NCBI RefSeq assembly: GCF_004010195.1
Contig: NC_057752.1
Span: forward strand, 15,141,585-15,205,584
Source: Chiloscyllium plagiosum
Taxonomy: Eukaryota
Direction of reading: 5' to 3'
Length of the DNA: 64,000 bases
Shown here one piece after another: positions 13,916 to 26,416 of the stretch. A program made the position numbers and the translations under genes. Below the pieces are notes generated by a model. It searched no databases. It saw nothing but the letters and a program-made list of their open reading frames with translations, and was not told the DNA's origin. Position 1 is the stretch's first letter. Each line of letters starts with the position of its first letter.

Positions 13916-14629
13916 ACGAGCACTGACTAGACCTCACCATGCAACATTTTAGGTTTTCTGATGTAGGCAATATGGCCAATTGCTGTTTTAAAAACCCATC
14001 TGGTTCACCAGTATCCTACAGGGAAGGAAAATCTACCATCCGGTCTGGCCTCCATGTGACTCCAGACCCAAAGAAATATAGTTGACTCTTAAATTGCCCT
14101 CTGCAATGACCAAGCAAGTTGATTCAACTGCGGCAAAGGAATGAAATTTGATGAACCAACTGACATCACTAAGGCACTGAAAACATTGGCAAACATAGCC
14201 CTGTCGATCCTGCAAAGTCCTCCTTACTGGGTGCTATTGCTAAAATTGGAAGAGCTGTCTCACAGACTTGTCAATCAATAACCTGACATTATGTGAGAGA
14301 ATGGATTCCATGAAGATGGCTTATGTCCCAGGAACACCACTGCCACCATCTCTGGACATGTCCAGTACCACTGACAGGCCAAGCACAGCAGAGTTGCCAG
14401 CACAGCGGTACATACAGTCCTCTGAGAGTCCTCAACGTTGGCTGTGTACACGATGAACCCCAATGGTATCAGGTCAAACATGGGCAAGGGAAAATCCTTG
14501 CTGTAGTAATCTTGCTAGTAATCCTGCTGATTACTATGTATTACCACCTTGCTAATAAACAATTACTCCTGCATCATTCACACATCTTGGATGCATTAAG
14601 CATGCCAAGGGCACAAAATTCATTTTTTA

Positions 14630-16395
14630 TTTGTTCATTCATTTTGTGGGATGTGGGCGTTGCTGGCTGGCCCAGCATTTATTGCCCATCCCTTGAGAAG
14701 GTGGTGGTGAGCTGTCGTTTTGAACTACTGCAATCCACCTACTGTGGGTTGACCCACAATGACATTAGGGAAGGAATTCCAGGGTTTTGACTGGAAGGAA
14801 CAGCGATATGTTTCCAAGTCAGAATGGTGAGTGTCTTAGAGGGGAACCTGAGGAGGGTGGCTGGGACATGTTGCCAGGGGTGGTGGTAGAGGTGGGTGCG
14901 ATAGCGTCATTTAAGACTTATCGAGGCAGATATATGAATGGGCAGGGAGCAGAGTGATACAGATCCTTAGAAAATAGGTAACAGGTTTAGATAGAGGATC
15001 TGGATCAGCGCAAGCTTGGAGTGCCAAAGGGCCTGTTCCTGTCTGTAAGTTTCTTTGTTCCTTTCTTGACGGTGGTGGTTTTCCCATTTATCTGCTACCC
15101 TTGTCCTTCTAGGTGGAAGTGCTTGTGGGTTTAGAAGGTGTTATCTGAGGATCTTTGGTGAATTTCTGCAGTGCATCTTGTAGATGGTACACACTGCTGC
15201 CACTGAGCGTCAGTGGTGGAGGGAGTGGATGCCTGTGAATGTGGTGCCAATCACACGGGCTACTTTGTCCTGGATGGTGTCAAGCTTCTTGAGTGTTGTT
15301 GGAGCTGCCCCCATCCAGGCAAGTGGGGAGTGTTCCACCACACTCCTGACTTGTGTATCATAGATGATGGACAGGCTTTGGGAATCAGGAGCTGAGTTAC
15401 TCACATCAGTATTCCTAGCCTCTGTCCTGCTCTTGTAGTCACTGTGTTTATGTGGTGAGCTGAGTTTCTGATCAGTAATAGCCCTCAGTATGTTGATAGT
15501 TGGGGATTCAGTGATGGTAACACCACTGAATGTCAAGGGGGCGGTGGTTAGCTTGTCTTTTAGCGGTGATGGTCATAGCCTGGCATTTGTGTGGTGCGAA
15601 TGTTACTTGCCACCTGTCAGCCCAAGCTTGGATATTGTCCAGATCTTGTTGCATTTGGACACAGACTGCTTCAGTAACTGAGGAGTTGCGAATGGTGCTG
15701 AATATTGTGCAATCAGTAGCGAGTATCCCCACTTCTGACCTTATGATAGAGGGAAAGTAATTAATGAAGCAACTGAAGATGGTTGGGCCTAAGACACTAC
15801 CCCGAGGAACCCCTGCTGAGATGTCCCGGAGCTGAGATGACTGACCTCCAACAACCATGACCATTTTCCTATGTATCAGTGTGACTCCAACCACCAGAGA
15901 GTTTGCCCCCTGATACCCATTGATTCCAGTTTTGCCAGGACGTCTTGATGCCACACTCAGTCGAATGCAGCCTTGATGTCAAGGGCTGTCCCTCTCCCCT
16001 CACCTCTGTAATTCAGCTCTTGTCTATGTTTGAACCAAGGCTGTAATGAGGTCAGGAGCTGAGTGACCCTGGTGGAACCCAAACTGGGCAACACTGAGCA
16101 GGGTATTGCTGAGCAGGTGCTGCTTGATAGCCCTGTTGGTGACACCTTCCATCACTTTCCTGATGATCGAGAGGAGACTGATCGGGCTGTAATTGACCAG
16201 GTTGGATTTGTTCCTGCTTTTTATGTACAGGACACACCTGGGCAATTTTCCATATTGTCGAGTAGATACCAGTGTTGTAACTGTACTGGAACAGCTTGAC
16301 TAGGGGAGTGGCAAGTTCTGGAGCACAAGTCTTCAGTACTGTTGCTGCAATGTTGTCAGGGCTCATTGTTTTTGCAGTATCCAGTGTCTCCAACC
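14630..16395 (-). mobile_element. CR1-clade LINE, second family, RT to 3' end, with nested CR1 fragment (~14860-15060)
   Basis: ALDIKAAFD, SAGVPRGSVLGPTIFSCFIN and NYSPISLLS motifs. Confidence 0.85.
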
Positions 16396-17789
16396 ATTGT
16401 CTCTAGGTTGGGTGCATCAGTGTCTATCACCAAGTATGCCTTGTGGCACATCTGCTGACCTAGCTGGTTGAGCCCTAAAGGTTAATGATGAAGAACCAAC
16501 AAGAGGCAAACACTTATTGACGTCATCCTTATTTGCCTGCTGTAGATACATCTGTCCGTGACAGTATCGGTAGGAGTGACCACCCACAAGTCCTTGTGGG
16601 GATGAAGTCCAACTGTTACTTTGAGAATACCCTTCATCGTGTTGTCTGGCACTATCACTGTGCAGACTTCAAACAGATCGAGTACCTCAACAGCAATAGA
16701 ATTGTGCTCCAGCACAATTTGTAAAATCATGGTCCGGTATATCATCCACTCAATGCAGGAGGGCATGCCAGGAGCAGCACCAGGTATACCTGAAGATGAG
16801 ATGTCAACCTGATGAGAGCTACCAAATACTTGCATGCCACACAGCATAAGCAGCAAGTGAGAGACAGAGCTAAGCAATCCCACAATCAGTGGATCAGAAC
16901 TAAACTCTGCAGTCCTGCTATGTCCAGTTATGAATAGACAATTAAACAACTCCCTGGAGGAGGCTCCAAAAATGTCTCCATCCTCAACAATGGGGGAACC
17001 CAGCACATCCATGCAAAAGCAAAGGCTGAAGCATTCAATGGAGGTTATTCTCACTGTGAAGGCAGGACTTTGTCTCCACAAGGACTATGTGGTGGTCATT
17101 CTTACTGATACTGTCATGGACAGATGCATCTCCTGCTGCCAGATTGGTAAGGATGAGGTCAAGTATGTTTCTCCTTCATTTTGGTTCCTTCACCACCTAC
17201 TGCAAAGTCTACAGATCCTGACAACATTCTGGCAGTAGTACTGAAGACGTTCTCCAGAACCTACCTGCCCATTGCACCATCAGTCTTCTCTCAATTAACA
17301 GTAAACTGATGGAAAGGCTTGTCGACAGTGTTATCAAGTAGCACTTCGTGACGGCACCCAGCTTGAGTTCTGCCAGCACCTCTCAGCTCCTGACCTCATT
17401 ACAGCCTTGTTTCAAAAATGGACAAAAGGTAAATTCCGAAGGTGGGATGGGAGTGACATTCCTTGACCTCAAGGCCGCATTCAACCGAGTGCAGCATCAA
17501 GAAGCCAATTGGAATCAAGGATAAATGTTACTTGGAGTCATAGCTGCCACAAATGAAAGTGGCTGACATTGTTGGAGGTCAGTTGTCTCAGTTCCAGGAC
17601 ATTTCTGCAGGGATTCCTCAGGGTAATGTCGTAGGCCCAATCATCATCATCAATGACTTTTCCTTCAACATAATGTCAGAAGTGGTGATCATTGAACAAT
17701 GTTCAGCACCATTCATCACTCCTCAGATACTGAAGCAGTCCATGTCCAATTGCAGAAAGTCCTGGACACTTGGGCTGACAAGTAGCAAG

Positions 17790-18436
17790 GAGAAAGTGAG
17801 GTCTGCAGATGCTGGAGATCAGAGTCGAGAGTGTGTTGCTGGAAAAGCACAGCAGGTCAGGTAGACAATAGGTGCAGGAGTAGGCCATTCAGCCCTTCGA
17901 GCTTGCACCGCCATTCAATATGATCATGGCTGATCATTCCTAATCAGTATCCTGTTCCTGCCTTATCTCCATAACCCTTGATTCCACTATCTTTGAGAGC
18001 TCTATCCAACTCTTTCTTAAATGAATCCAGAGACTGGGCCTCCACTGCCCTCTGGGGCAGAGCATTCCACACAGCCACCACTCTCTGGGTGAAGAAGTTT
18101 CTCCTCATCTCTGTCCTAAATGGTCTACCCCGTATTTTTAAGCTGTGTCCTCTGGTTCGGCACTCACCCATCAGCGGAAACATGTTTCCTACTGTCAGAG
18201 TGTCCAATCCTTTCATAATCTTATATGTCTCAATCAGATCCCCTCTCAGTCTTCGAAACTCAAGGGTATACAAGCCCAGTCGCTTCAGGTAGTATCCAAG
18301 GAGTAGGAGAGTAGACATTTTGGGCCAGAGCCCTTCATCAGAAAGTGTTCTTGATGAAGGGCTCTGGCCTGAATCGTTGATTCTCCTGCTCCTCGGATGC
18401 TGCCTGACCTGCTGTGCTTTTCCAGCAACACACTCT
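17790..18436. mobile_element. Palindromic Penelope-derived insertion, itself interrupted by a CR1
   Basis: Inverted arms; TSD tgacaagt(a/g)gcaag at 17776-17789 and 18437-18450. Confidence 0.8.
17865..18284 (-). mobile_element. Young 5'-truncated CR1 3' end
   Basis: Uninterrupted frame KRLGLYTLEFRRLRGDLIETYKIMKG...IKGYG; TSD tcaggtag at 17857-17864 and 18285-18292. Confidence 0.9.
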
Positions 18437-19279
18437 TGACAAGTGGCAAGTAGCATTCACACCACACAAGTGCCGGGCAATGATCATCTCCAGCAAGGGA
18501 CAATCTAACCATCAACCCTTGACATTCAATGGAATTACCATTGCTGAATCTCGCATTATCAAGATCCTGGGGTCACCATTGACCAGAAACTCAACTGGAC
18601 GCACTACATAAATACTGTCTGTAGAAGAGCAGAACAGATGCTAGGAATCCTGCAGTGAGTAACTCAACTTCTGACTCCCCAAAGCCTGCCTGTCATCTAT
18701 AAGGCACAAGTCAGGAGTGTGATGGAATACTCCCCACTTTCCTGAATGAATACAGCTCCAACAACACTCAAGAAGCTCGACACCATCCAAGACAAAGCTG
18801 TCCCTTTGATTCTTATTCTATGCTTCACCTTAAACACTCACTCCCTCCACTATTAACACAATGTGTGCCTCTGCAAGATAGACTGCAACAACTCATCAAG
18901 GCTCCTTAGACAGCACCTTCCAAACCCATGTCTTCTACCATTTGGTGGGGCAAGGGCAGCAAATACATGGGAATACTGCAATCTGTTAAATTCCTCTCCA
19001 AGCCACACATTATTCTGACTTGGAAATGTACTACAATTCCTTCATTGTCGCTGGGTCAAAATCCTGGAACTCCCTCTCTAACAGGATTATGGGTCTACCT
19101 ACAGCACATGGACTGCAGCAGTTCAAGGAGGTAGTTTACCATCACCTTCTCGAGCAACTAGGGATGGGCACTAAATGCCTGGCCAGCGATGCCCACAGCC
19201 CATGAATGAATAAACATAATTGAATATCCTTGAAGAAAGCAGACCTGTAAGATTAGCATTAAGCATTGCTGCAAGAAGA

Positions 19280-21190
19280 GCATTAGGGTGGATAAGTTCC
19301 CAAGGCCTGATCGTATCTACCCCAGGTTATTGAGAGAGGAGATCGCTGGGGCCTTGACCAAGATCTTTAAATCCTCATTAGCCACTAGAGAGGTCCCAGA
19401 AGACTGATGAGCAGCCTGTTCAAGAAGGGAAATAGGGATAATCCAGGAAACTATGGACCGGTGAGTCTCTCATTTGTGGTTGGGAAGCTATAAGAGAGAA
19501 TTCTTAGGGATAGGATTTACACACATTTGGAAAAGTGTGGCCAATTTAGGGGCAGTCAGAATGGCTTTGTACAAGGCAAGTCAAATCTTACTAACTGGAT
19601 TGAGTTTTTTGAGGAATTTTCCCTGGAGCATTGGAGGCTGAGGGGTGATCTTAGGCGAGGTTTATAGAATCATGGATAGGGTGAATAGACAAGGTCTTTT
19701 CCCCAAGGGCATCCAAAGCTAGAGGTCATAAGTTTAAGGTGAGAGGGGAAAGATATAAAAGGGACCTAAGTTTTCATGCAGAGGGTGGTGCATGTATGGA
19801 ATGAGCTGCCAGAGGAAGTGGTGGAGGCTGGTACAGTTACAACATTTAAAAGGCATCTAGATGGGTATATGAAAACTGAGGGTTTAGAGGGATGTGGTCC
19901 AAATGCTAGCAAATGGGACTAGATAATTTAGGATGTCTGGTTGGCATGGGCCAGTTGGACTGAAGGGTCTGTTTCCATGCTGTACAGCTCTATGGCTCTA
20001 TGTGACAAAAGTAATCAATGAGGGTAGAACAGTGGATATTGTCTGCATGGGTTTTAGTAAGGCTTTTGACAAGTCCCCTCATGGTAGGCTCATCCAGAAG
20101 ATTAAGATGCGTGGGATTCACAATGACTCGGCCGCGTGGATTCAGAATTGGCTTGCCCATAGAAGGTAATGGTGGAAGGGTGTTTTTCAGGCTGGAGGTC
20201 CATGACTAGTGGTGTTCCATAGAGATCTGTACTGGGACCTCAGCAGTTTGTGATTTAGAAAAAATGACTTGGATGAAACTGTAGGTGGGTGGGTTTGTAA
20301 GTTTGCAGACAATACAAAGATCAGTGGAGTTGTGGAAAGTTGTCACAAGATACAGCAGGACATAGATCAGTTGCAAATATCAACGGAGAAATGGCAGATT
20401 GAGTTTAATCCGGGTACATGTAAGGTGCTGCACTTTGGGAGATCAAATGTCAAAGAAAAGTATACAGTTAATGGCAGGACCCTGAATAGTATTGATGTAC
20501 AGAGGGATCTTGTGGTTCAAGTCCATAGCTCTGTGAACGTGGCCAAGCAAGTGGATTGACTGGTAAAAAAGGTGTATGGCATGCTTGCCTTTATTGGTCG
20601 GGGAATTGAATACAAGAGTCAGGATGTCATGTTGCAGCTTTATGAGACTTTGGTTAGATCACACTGAAGTATTATGTTCAAATTTGGTCGCCACATTACA
20701 GGAAGGATAATGGAGGCTTTGGAGAGGGTGCAGAGGAGATTTACCAGGGTGTTGCCTGGATTAGAGGGTATGAGCTATCAGGACAGACTCTGGAGCTGCA
20801 GAGGCTGAAGGGAGACTTGGTAGATGTCTATAAAATCATGAGATGCATAGATAGAGTTTCACGGTCAGAATCTTCTTTCTCGATTTGAAAGGTCTAATAC
20901 TAGGGGGCATGCATTTAATCTGGGGCGGGGGAGGGAGTTCAAGGGAGATGTGAGGGGCAACCTTTTTAACACAGAGTGGTAGGAGTGTGGAACGGACTGC
21001 GGGATGGAGGTAGAGGCAAATGCATTAGGGTCGTTTAAGGGATTTTTAGATAAGCACATGAATAAGCAAGGAATGGAGGGATATGGACCAAGGACAGACA
21101 GAAGGGATTAGTTTAATTTGATGTCATTTTCGGCACAACATCGTGGGCCGAACAGCTTGTTCCTGTGCTGTATATTTCGATGTTCTATTA
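19280..21190 (+). mobile_element. CR1 LINE RT fragment with a nested CR1 3' end (~19615-20000)
   Basis: FSKAFDKSPHGRL and KFADNTKISG motifs; tail gttctat. Confidence 0.85.
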
Positions 21191-21669
21191 GAATCATAGA
21201 GTTCTACAATGTAGAACAGGTAATTCGGTCCATCAACTCTTTGTAAACAAAAGCTACTGTAAATCTACACTCATCCCACGTTCCAACAATTGGCCTGTAG
21301 CCTTGAATGTTATGTTCAAACACTCATCAGTGTATTTTTTTTTGAGGTTTCCTGCCTCAACTTACCCTCCCAGGCAGTACATTCCAGACCCCCATCACCC
21401 TTTGCGGGAAAACGTTTTTCCTTGAATCTATTCCAAACCTCCTTAAAAGTATGCCCTTTGTTATTGATCTTTCTATCCATCTATCTGGTTGGGATGCTGT
21501 TCAGAGGATCAATGTAGACTCAATGGACCAATGGCCTGCCTCCACACTGTAGGGGTTTTATGAGCCTATGATCCTGTCTGTGCCCACCCTCCCTTAATTA
21601 TATACACCTCAAACAGGTCCCCTCTGAACCTTTTCAGCCCTCCCTGCTCTTATAATCTATGCTAAGCTC

Positions 21670-22142
21670 TGCCCTGTGGCCATCCAGTTCAACTTCCCCC
21701 TCGCACTCCCCCAAGGACATGCAAATCCTGGGCCTCTTCCACCGCCAAATCAAAGCCACCCACCAACTGAAGGAAGAACACTTCACCTTCCGCCTCAGGG
21801 CCCGACAACCGCACAACATCAACACTGACTTCAGTTTCTAAATATCCCCTCCCACCACCTCATACTTGGCACCACCCTCTTGACCTGTCCTACCTGTACA
21901 TCTTCCTTCCCACCTATCCACTCCACCCTCCCCACTGACCTATCACAATTACCTCCCACCTGCATCCATCTATCACCATCCTATCTACCTTCCCAGCCAC
22001 ACCCCCACCCCCCATTTATTCTCTCATCCCCCTTCCCCCTCCCTTTTCCTGATGAACGGCTTATGCCCGAAAAATTAATTTTCCTGCTCCTCGGATGCTG
22101 CCTGACCTGCTGTGCTTTTCCAGTACCTCACATTTTGACTTG
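21670..22142 (+). mobile_element. Penelope-like 3' fragment
   Basis: SPSHSPKDMQILGLFHRQ...EEHFTFRL; degenerate hammerhead end. Confidence 0.75.
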
Positions 22143-23424
22143 CAGCAGACAAAGGCAAGCATCCTGTGTGCCTTCTTAATTACCCTGTTCACCTGTCCTG
22201 CCTCCTCAAGGATCTATGGATGAACACCCCAAGATCCCTATGTTCCTCTGAGGTTCCTAATGTTCTACCATTCATTGAGTACTCCCTCGTCTTTTTACTT
22301 CTTCCAGAGTGCATCACCTCACATTTAGAGGGTTAAATTCTTTCTCATACTGATCTGTCCGTCTGGCCAACGTCAGACGGACAGATCACCACCTTCCTCA
22401 TTGTCAACCAACCGTTAATCTTTGTGTCATCCACAAACTTACCTATCGTTCCCCTCCCTCCATTTTCTCATCCACATCGTTTAAACATATTACAAACAAT
22501 AATGGACCCAGCAGTGATTCCTGTGGCACGTCACTGCACACCAGCCTCCAGTCACACAACCAGCTTTCTACTATCACTAGCTGTCTCCTGTCAATAAGCT
22601 AATTTTAGATTCAACTTGCCAAATAACTCTGGATCGCATGTCCTTTTAGCTTAGAATATAGAACAGCATGCCACAGTACAGACCCTTTGGCCCTCGATGT
22701 TTTATCCTACTCGAAGATCAAACTAACCTACAATACCCTTCATTTTACTATCATCCATGTCCCTATCCAAGTGTTGCTTAAATGTCTTAGTCTGTTTCTT
22801 ATGTGGGACCTTGTGAAAGGATTTTCTGATATCCACATGAACTACATTAACTGCCCTACCATCACCTACACACCTGATCACCTCTTCAAAAATTCCTCAA
22901 ACGTATTAGGCATGACCTCCCTCTGACAAAGCCATGTTGACTATCTCTTTTTAAACCTTGCCTGTGCAAGGAGAGGTTAATTCTCTGCTTCAGAATTTTC
23001 TCCAATAGTATCCCTAACACCCTTCTTGAAAAGTAGAGCCACATTAATTGTCCTCCAGTCCTCTGACAAACTTCCCTGTCGCCAGAGAGGAATTTAAAAT
23101 TTGGCTTAAAGTCCGTATAATTTCCTCCTTCACCTCCCACAGCAACCTGGATACAATACATTCGCCCTGGGGATTTGTTTACTTTTGAGCTCACTAAAAC
23201 CTCTAATACCTCCTTACCCTGTGTCAAGCAGATGAAGAATCTCACAGTCCATCTACCCGAATTTTGTACCTGCAACCTCTTTTACCAAAGTGAAGACAGA
23301 TGTGAAGCAGTCCTTTACCACCTGACTGATGTCCTCCAGCTCTACTGATGGTCCCTAGGTCCCTAATGGGCCCTATTCATTTCCTGGATATCCTCTTCCC
23401 CTTGATATATTTCATAGAATATAC

Positions 23425-23742
23425 AGTGCAGAAAGAGGCCATTTAGCTCACTGAGTCTGCACCAACCCTCCAAAGAGTATCTCACCCAAACCCAGCTCCC
23501 CATCCTATCCCTATAACCCCATATTTAACATGGCTAATCCACCTGACCTGCACACTCCTGGACACTGGGTAATTTAGCACAGCCATTCCATCTAATCTGA
23601 ACATCTTTGGACTGTGGGAGGAAACCGGAGCACCCGAGGGAAACCCATGCAGACACAGGGAGAATGTGCAAACTCCACACAGACAGTCACCCGAGGCTAG
23701 AATTGAGTCTGGGTCTGTGGTGCTGTGAGGCAGCAGTGCCAT
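23425..23742 (-). mobile_element. HE1-type V-SINE
   Basis: Reverse complement of the SINE consensus seen elsewhere in the window. Confidence 0.85.
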
Positions 23743-24206
23743 GATGCCACTTGTAGAATACCTTGGGATTCTCCCTAATCTGACCCACCAGTACCTATTC
23801 ATGCTCCTCTTTGTTCTCCTAATTGCTTTCTTAATTTCCCCTTTTTCTCGGACCCCCATTGATCCCTGTGTACCTGTTAAAAGCCTCTCTCTTCCTTTTT
23901 ATCTAGTCCTGAATATTCTTCGACATCCAGGGTCCTTCGAGCTTGTTGCTCCTACATTTCACCCGAAAGGAAAGGTGTTTGGCCTGTACTTTCTCCAATT
24001 CTGTTTTGAATACCCTCCCACTGTTCTGCTGTAGGTTTACCCAGAAGTAGTTAGTCCCTGTCTACTTTGCTTGTGGCCAGCTGGTTTGTGGTGTAGAGTG
24101 ATGCTAATAGCGTCGATTCAATTGCCGCACCAGCTGAGCTTACCATGAAGGACTATCCTTCTCCACCTCTCCATTTGCCTGAGACATGGTGACCCTCAGG
24201 TTAAAC

Positions 24207-24313
24207 TGTCTCTCTGTCTGTCTCTCTGTCTGTCTCTCTCTCTGTCTCTCTCTCTGTCTCTCTCTCTGTCTCTCTCTCTGTCTCTCTCTGTCTCTGTGTG
24301 TGTCTCTGTCTCT
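24207..24313. repeat. (TC)n/TG compound microsatellite (ctgtctctctct)n
   Basis: Direct tandem repetition. Confidence 0.9.
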
Positions 24314-25524
24314 CGTAGGACAATGGTTTTGAATAAAATCTGTCTTCCCCAACTCCAAAATACTTTTCCATGGGTTATCTTTTTCCTTTTCCATAACCAC
24401 CTTAAAATGTCCACTGATGCGCTCATCATCACTACAATGCTTCCTCACGGTCACCTCAACCACTTGTCTGACTTCATTCCCCAGAATTCGGTCTGGTACT
24501 GCACCGTCCCTTATAGGATCATCTACATGTTGATATAAAAAGCTCTCCTGAATACATTTCAAGAAATCTGCCCTCTCTGAACCCTTTATATTACAGTTAT
24601 CCAAAGTAATGTTGGGGAAGTTGAAATTGCCTAACATTATTGCCATTCCTGATGAAGGGCTTCTGCCTGAAACATGAATCTCCTGCTCCTCAGATGCTGC
24701 CTGCCCTGCTGTGTTTTTCCAGCGCCACACATTTTGACTCTGACCTCCAGCATCTGCAGTCCTCACTTTCTCTCAGTTAATATAATTATCCTGTTATTGT
24801 TTTTGCATACCTCAGTGAATTTTTGTCATATCCGCTCCTTTATTGCCCTCTGACTGTTTGGGGGCCTATAATGTATTCCAAACAGTGTGACTGCCCCCTT
24901 TTTATTCCTAAGTGCTCCCCACAAAGCCTCATTTAATGGCTCTTTCAAGATATCATCCTGCCTTTCTGCAGGAACTAACCTCTTATTAAATAATGCAACG
25001 CCACTTCTTTTGTTATACCCTCCACATTTCTATGACGACAACAACATCACATTCCACTGGCAGTCCATGCCCTTAACTCATCGTTTTATCTATAATACTT
25101 CTAGCATTAAAGTAGAGGCCATTCAGCCTCGCCTTACTCCATGATATCTCAACATGGATGAACCCTGTCTGCCTTGGTTCCTACAGTATACAATATCCTT
25201 TTGTTGTCACATGTATTCCATTGTACAAGTACAGTGATAAGCTTTTACAATAGCTGCCTTTTCATAGCGGCATCTTAGGTATAAGTACCTAGGTACGGCT
25301 CGTGGATATAGCAGAGGAATAAAAGTAGTTGCATTACTTAGAGTTGAAAAATAAGTAAAACTAGGCTGAAAAAATAGAAAAACATTAAAGGGTTGACATT
25401 ACAATAAGGTAGGAAATTTTAAATAGATATTACAGTGTAGCACCTCAGCACAGGGCCTCCACACATGGTCTGACCACCTGCACCAGACCACAGTCCAACA
25501 GCTGTCTCCACTCTGCTCCAACCT

Positions 25525-26416
25525 TCAATTGTTGCAAAAAGACTGGAAAGTTTGAGTGCTCTTACACATGGTGACAGATGAGCCACTGAAACTAGAGATT
25601 TGAGTTGGTCCAGTTTTGATAACAGGTATGGAAGGAGTGCCTTGGAAGTAGTCCTGAAATCTATTGCAAATCTGGATAGTCCACGGGTGTCATCACCGAA
25701 AGACTATGTTGAAGACTTTTTCAAAGATGTTTGACAGGGATTAATTGGTGTAGGTTTGATAAATATGGAAGACCATTCAGGCCTTCTCACATTGGATAAA
25801 GACTACAACAGCTTTGGCAAATTCTTGAATTGAATCCTTGGTATGGAGGTACACCAACAGAATGCTCTCTTCCAGTATTTTTCAGACAATTTAAATGCTC
25901 TCATTCAGAATGCAAAGAAGAATGGAAGATATGGTCTGGGAATTTTGGATCTGGGTTCCAGGAACAAAAGGGTGAAGAAATGAGAAGCAAAGAAATTCTG
26001 AACTCCAGGGTATTCTGTATCAGGAGATGTTGAAATTTATGCTAGAAGTGTCGAAAGAGGCATGTTCTGGGAAGAAGCTACAAAGATTTGGGCAGAGCAA
26101 ACTGGAATAGATGATGGCTTCCATTTGTCAGTGCAGATAAGGAATAAGACAGCAATTCTGGTTAAGGAAGTTGACAGCAAGAAGAGACTGTTCATGATGT
26201 ACCAACCAAGCAACTCAAATTAGAGACTTACATTAAACTAAAAAAGAAATATAAAAAGGTAACATCTGCAGAAGCAGAGTCACATTGGTGGAACAGTACA
26301 AGTCATCTACAGAAACTTGTACTCATGCATATTGACGTGGAAACTGCAAAAAAGTAAGCCTTCGAATGGTTTGTGAAGTCGCGCTGAGGTGCTGCACTGA
26401 CCATGTCCTCTGTGGG
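25525..26416 (+). pseudogene. SBNO1: Processed pseudogene fragment of strawberry notch homolog 1 (helicase-C / C-terminal region)
   Basis: Manual translation: [52 protein letters not shown]...[55 protein letters not shown]...[19 protein letters not shown]...KQLKLETY...TCTHAY*RGNCKK...HVLCG. Colinear with vertebrate SBNO1, intronless, at least six stops plus frameshifts. Confidence 0.92.

Larger units (their letters stand above)
17270..19212 (+). mobile_element. CR1-clade LINE (same family as 14630-16395) hosting nested insertions
   Basis: ISAGIPQGNVVGP and DKWQVAFTPHKC motifs; 3' end cccatgaatgaataa. Confidence 0.8.

Noticed and set aside
24140..24766. 208-aa ORF with RQRE repeats
   Set aside because: Chance read-through of a Penelope end, CR1 endonuclease and a microsatellite.
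25525..26416. Endogenous viral polymerase or functional nested gene
   Set aside because: Translation matches host SBNO1 and has multiple stops and frameshifts.
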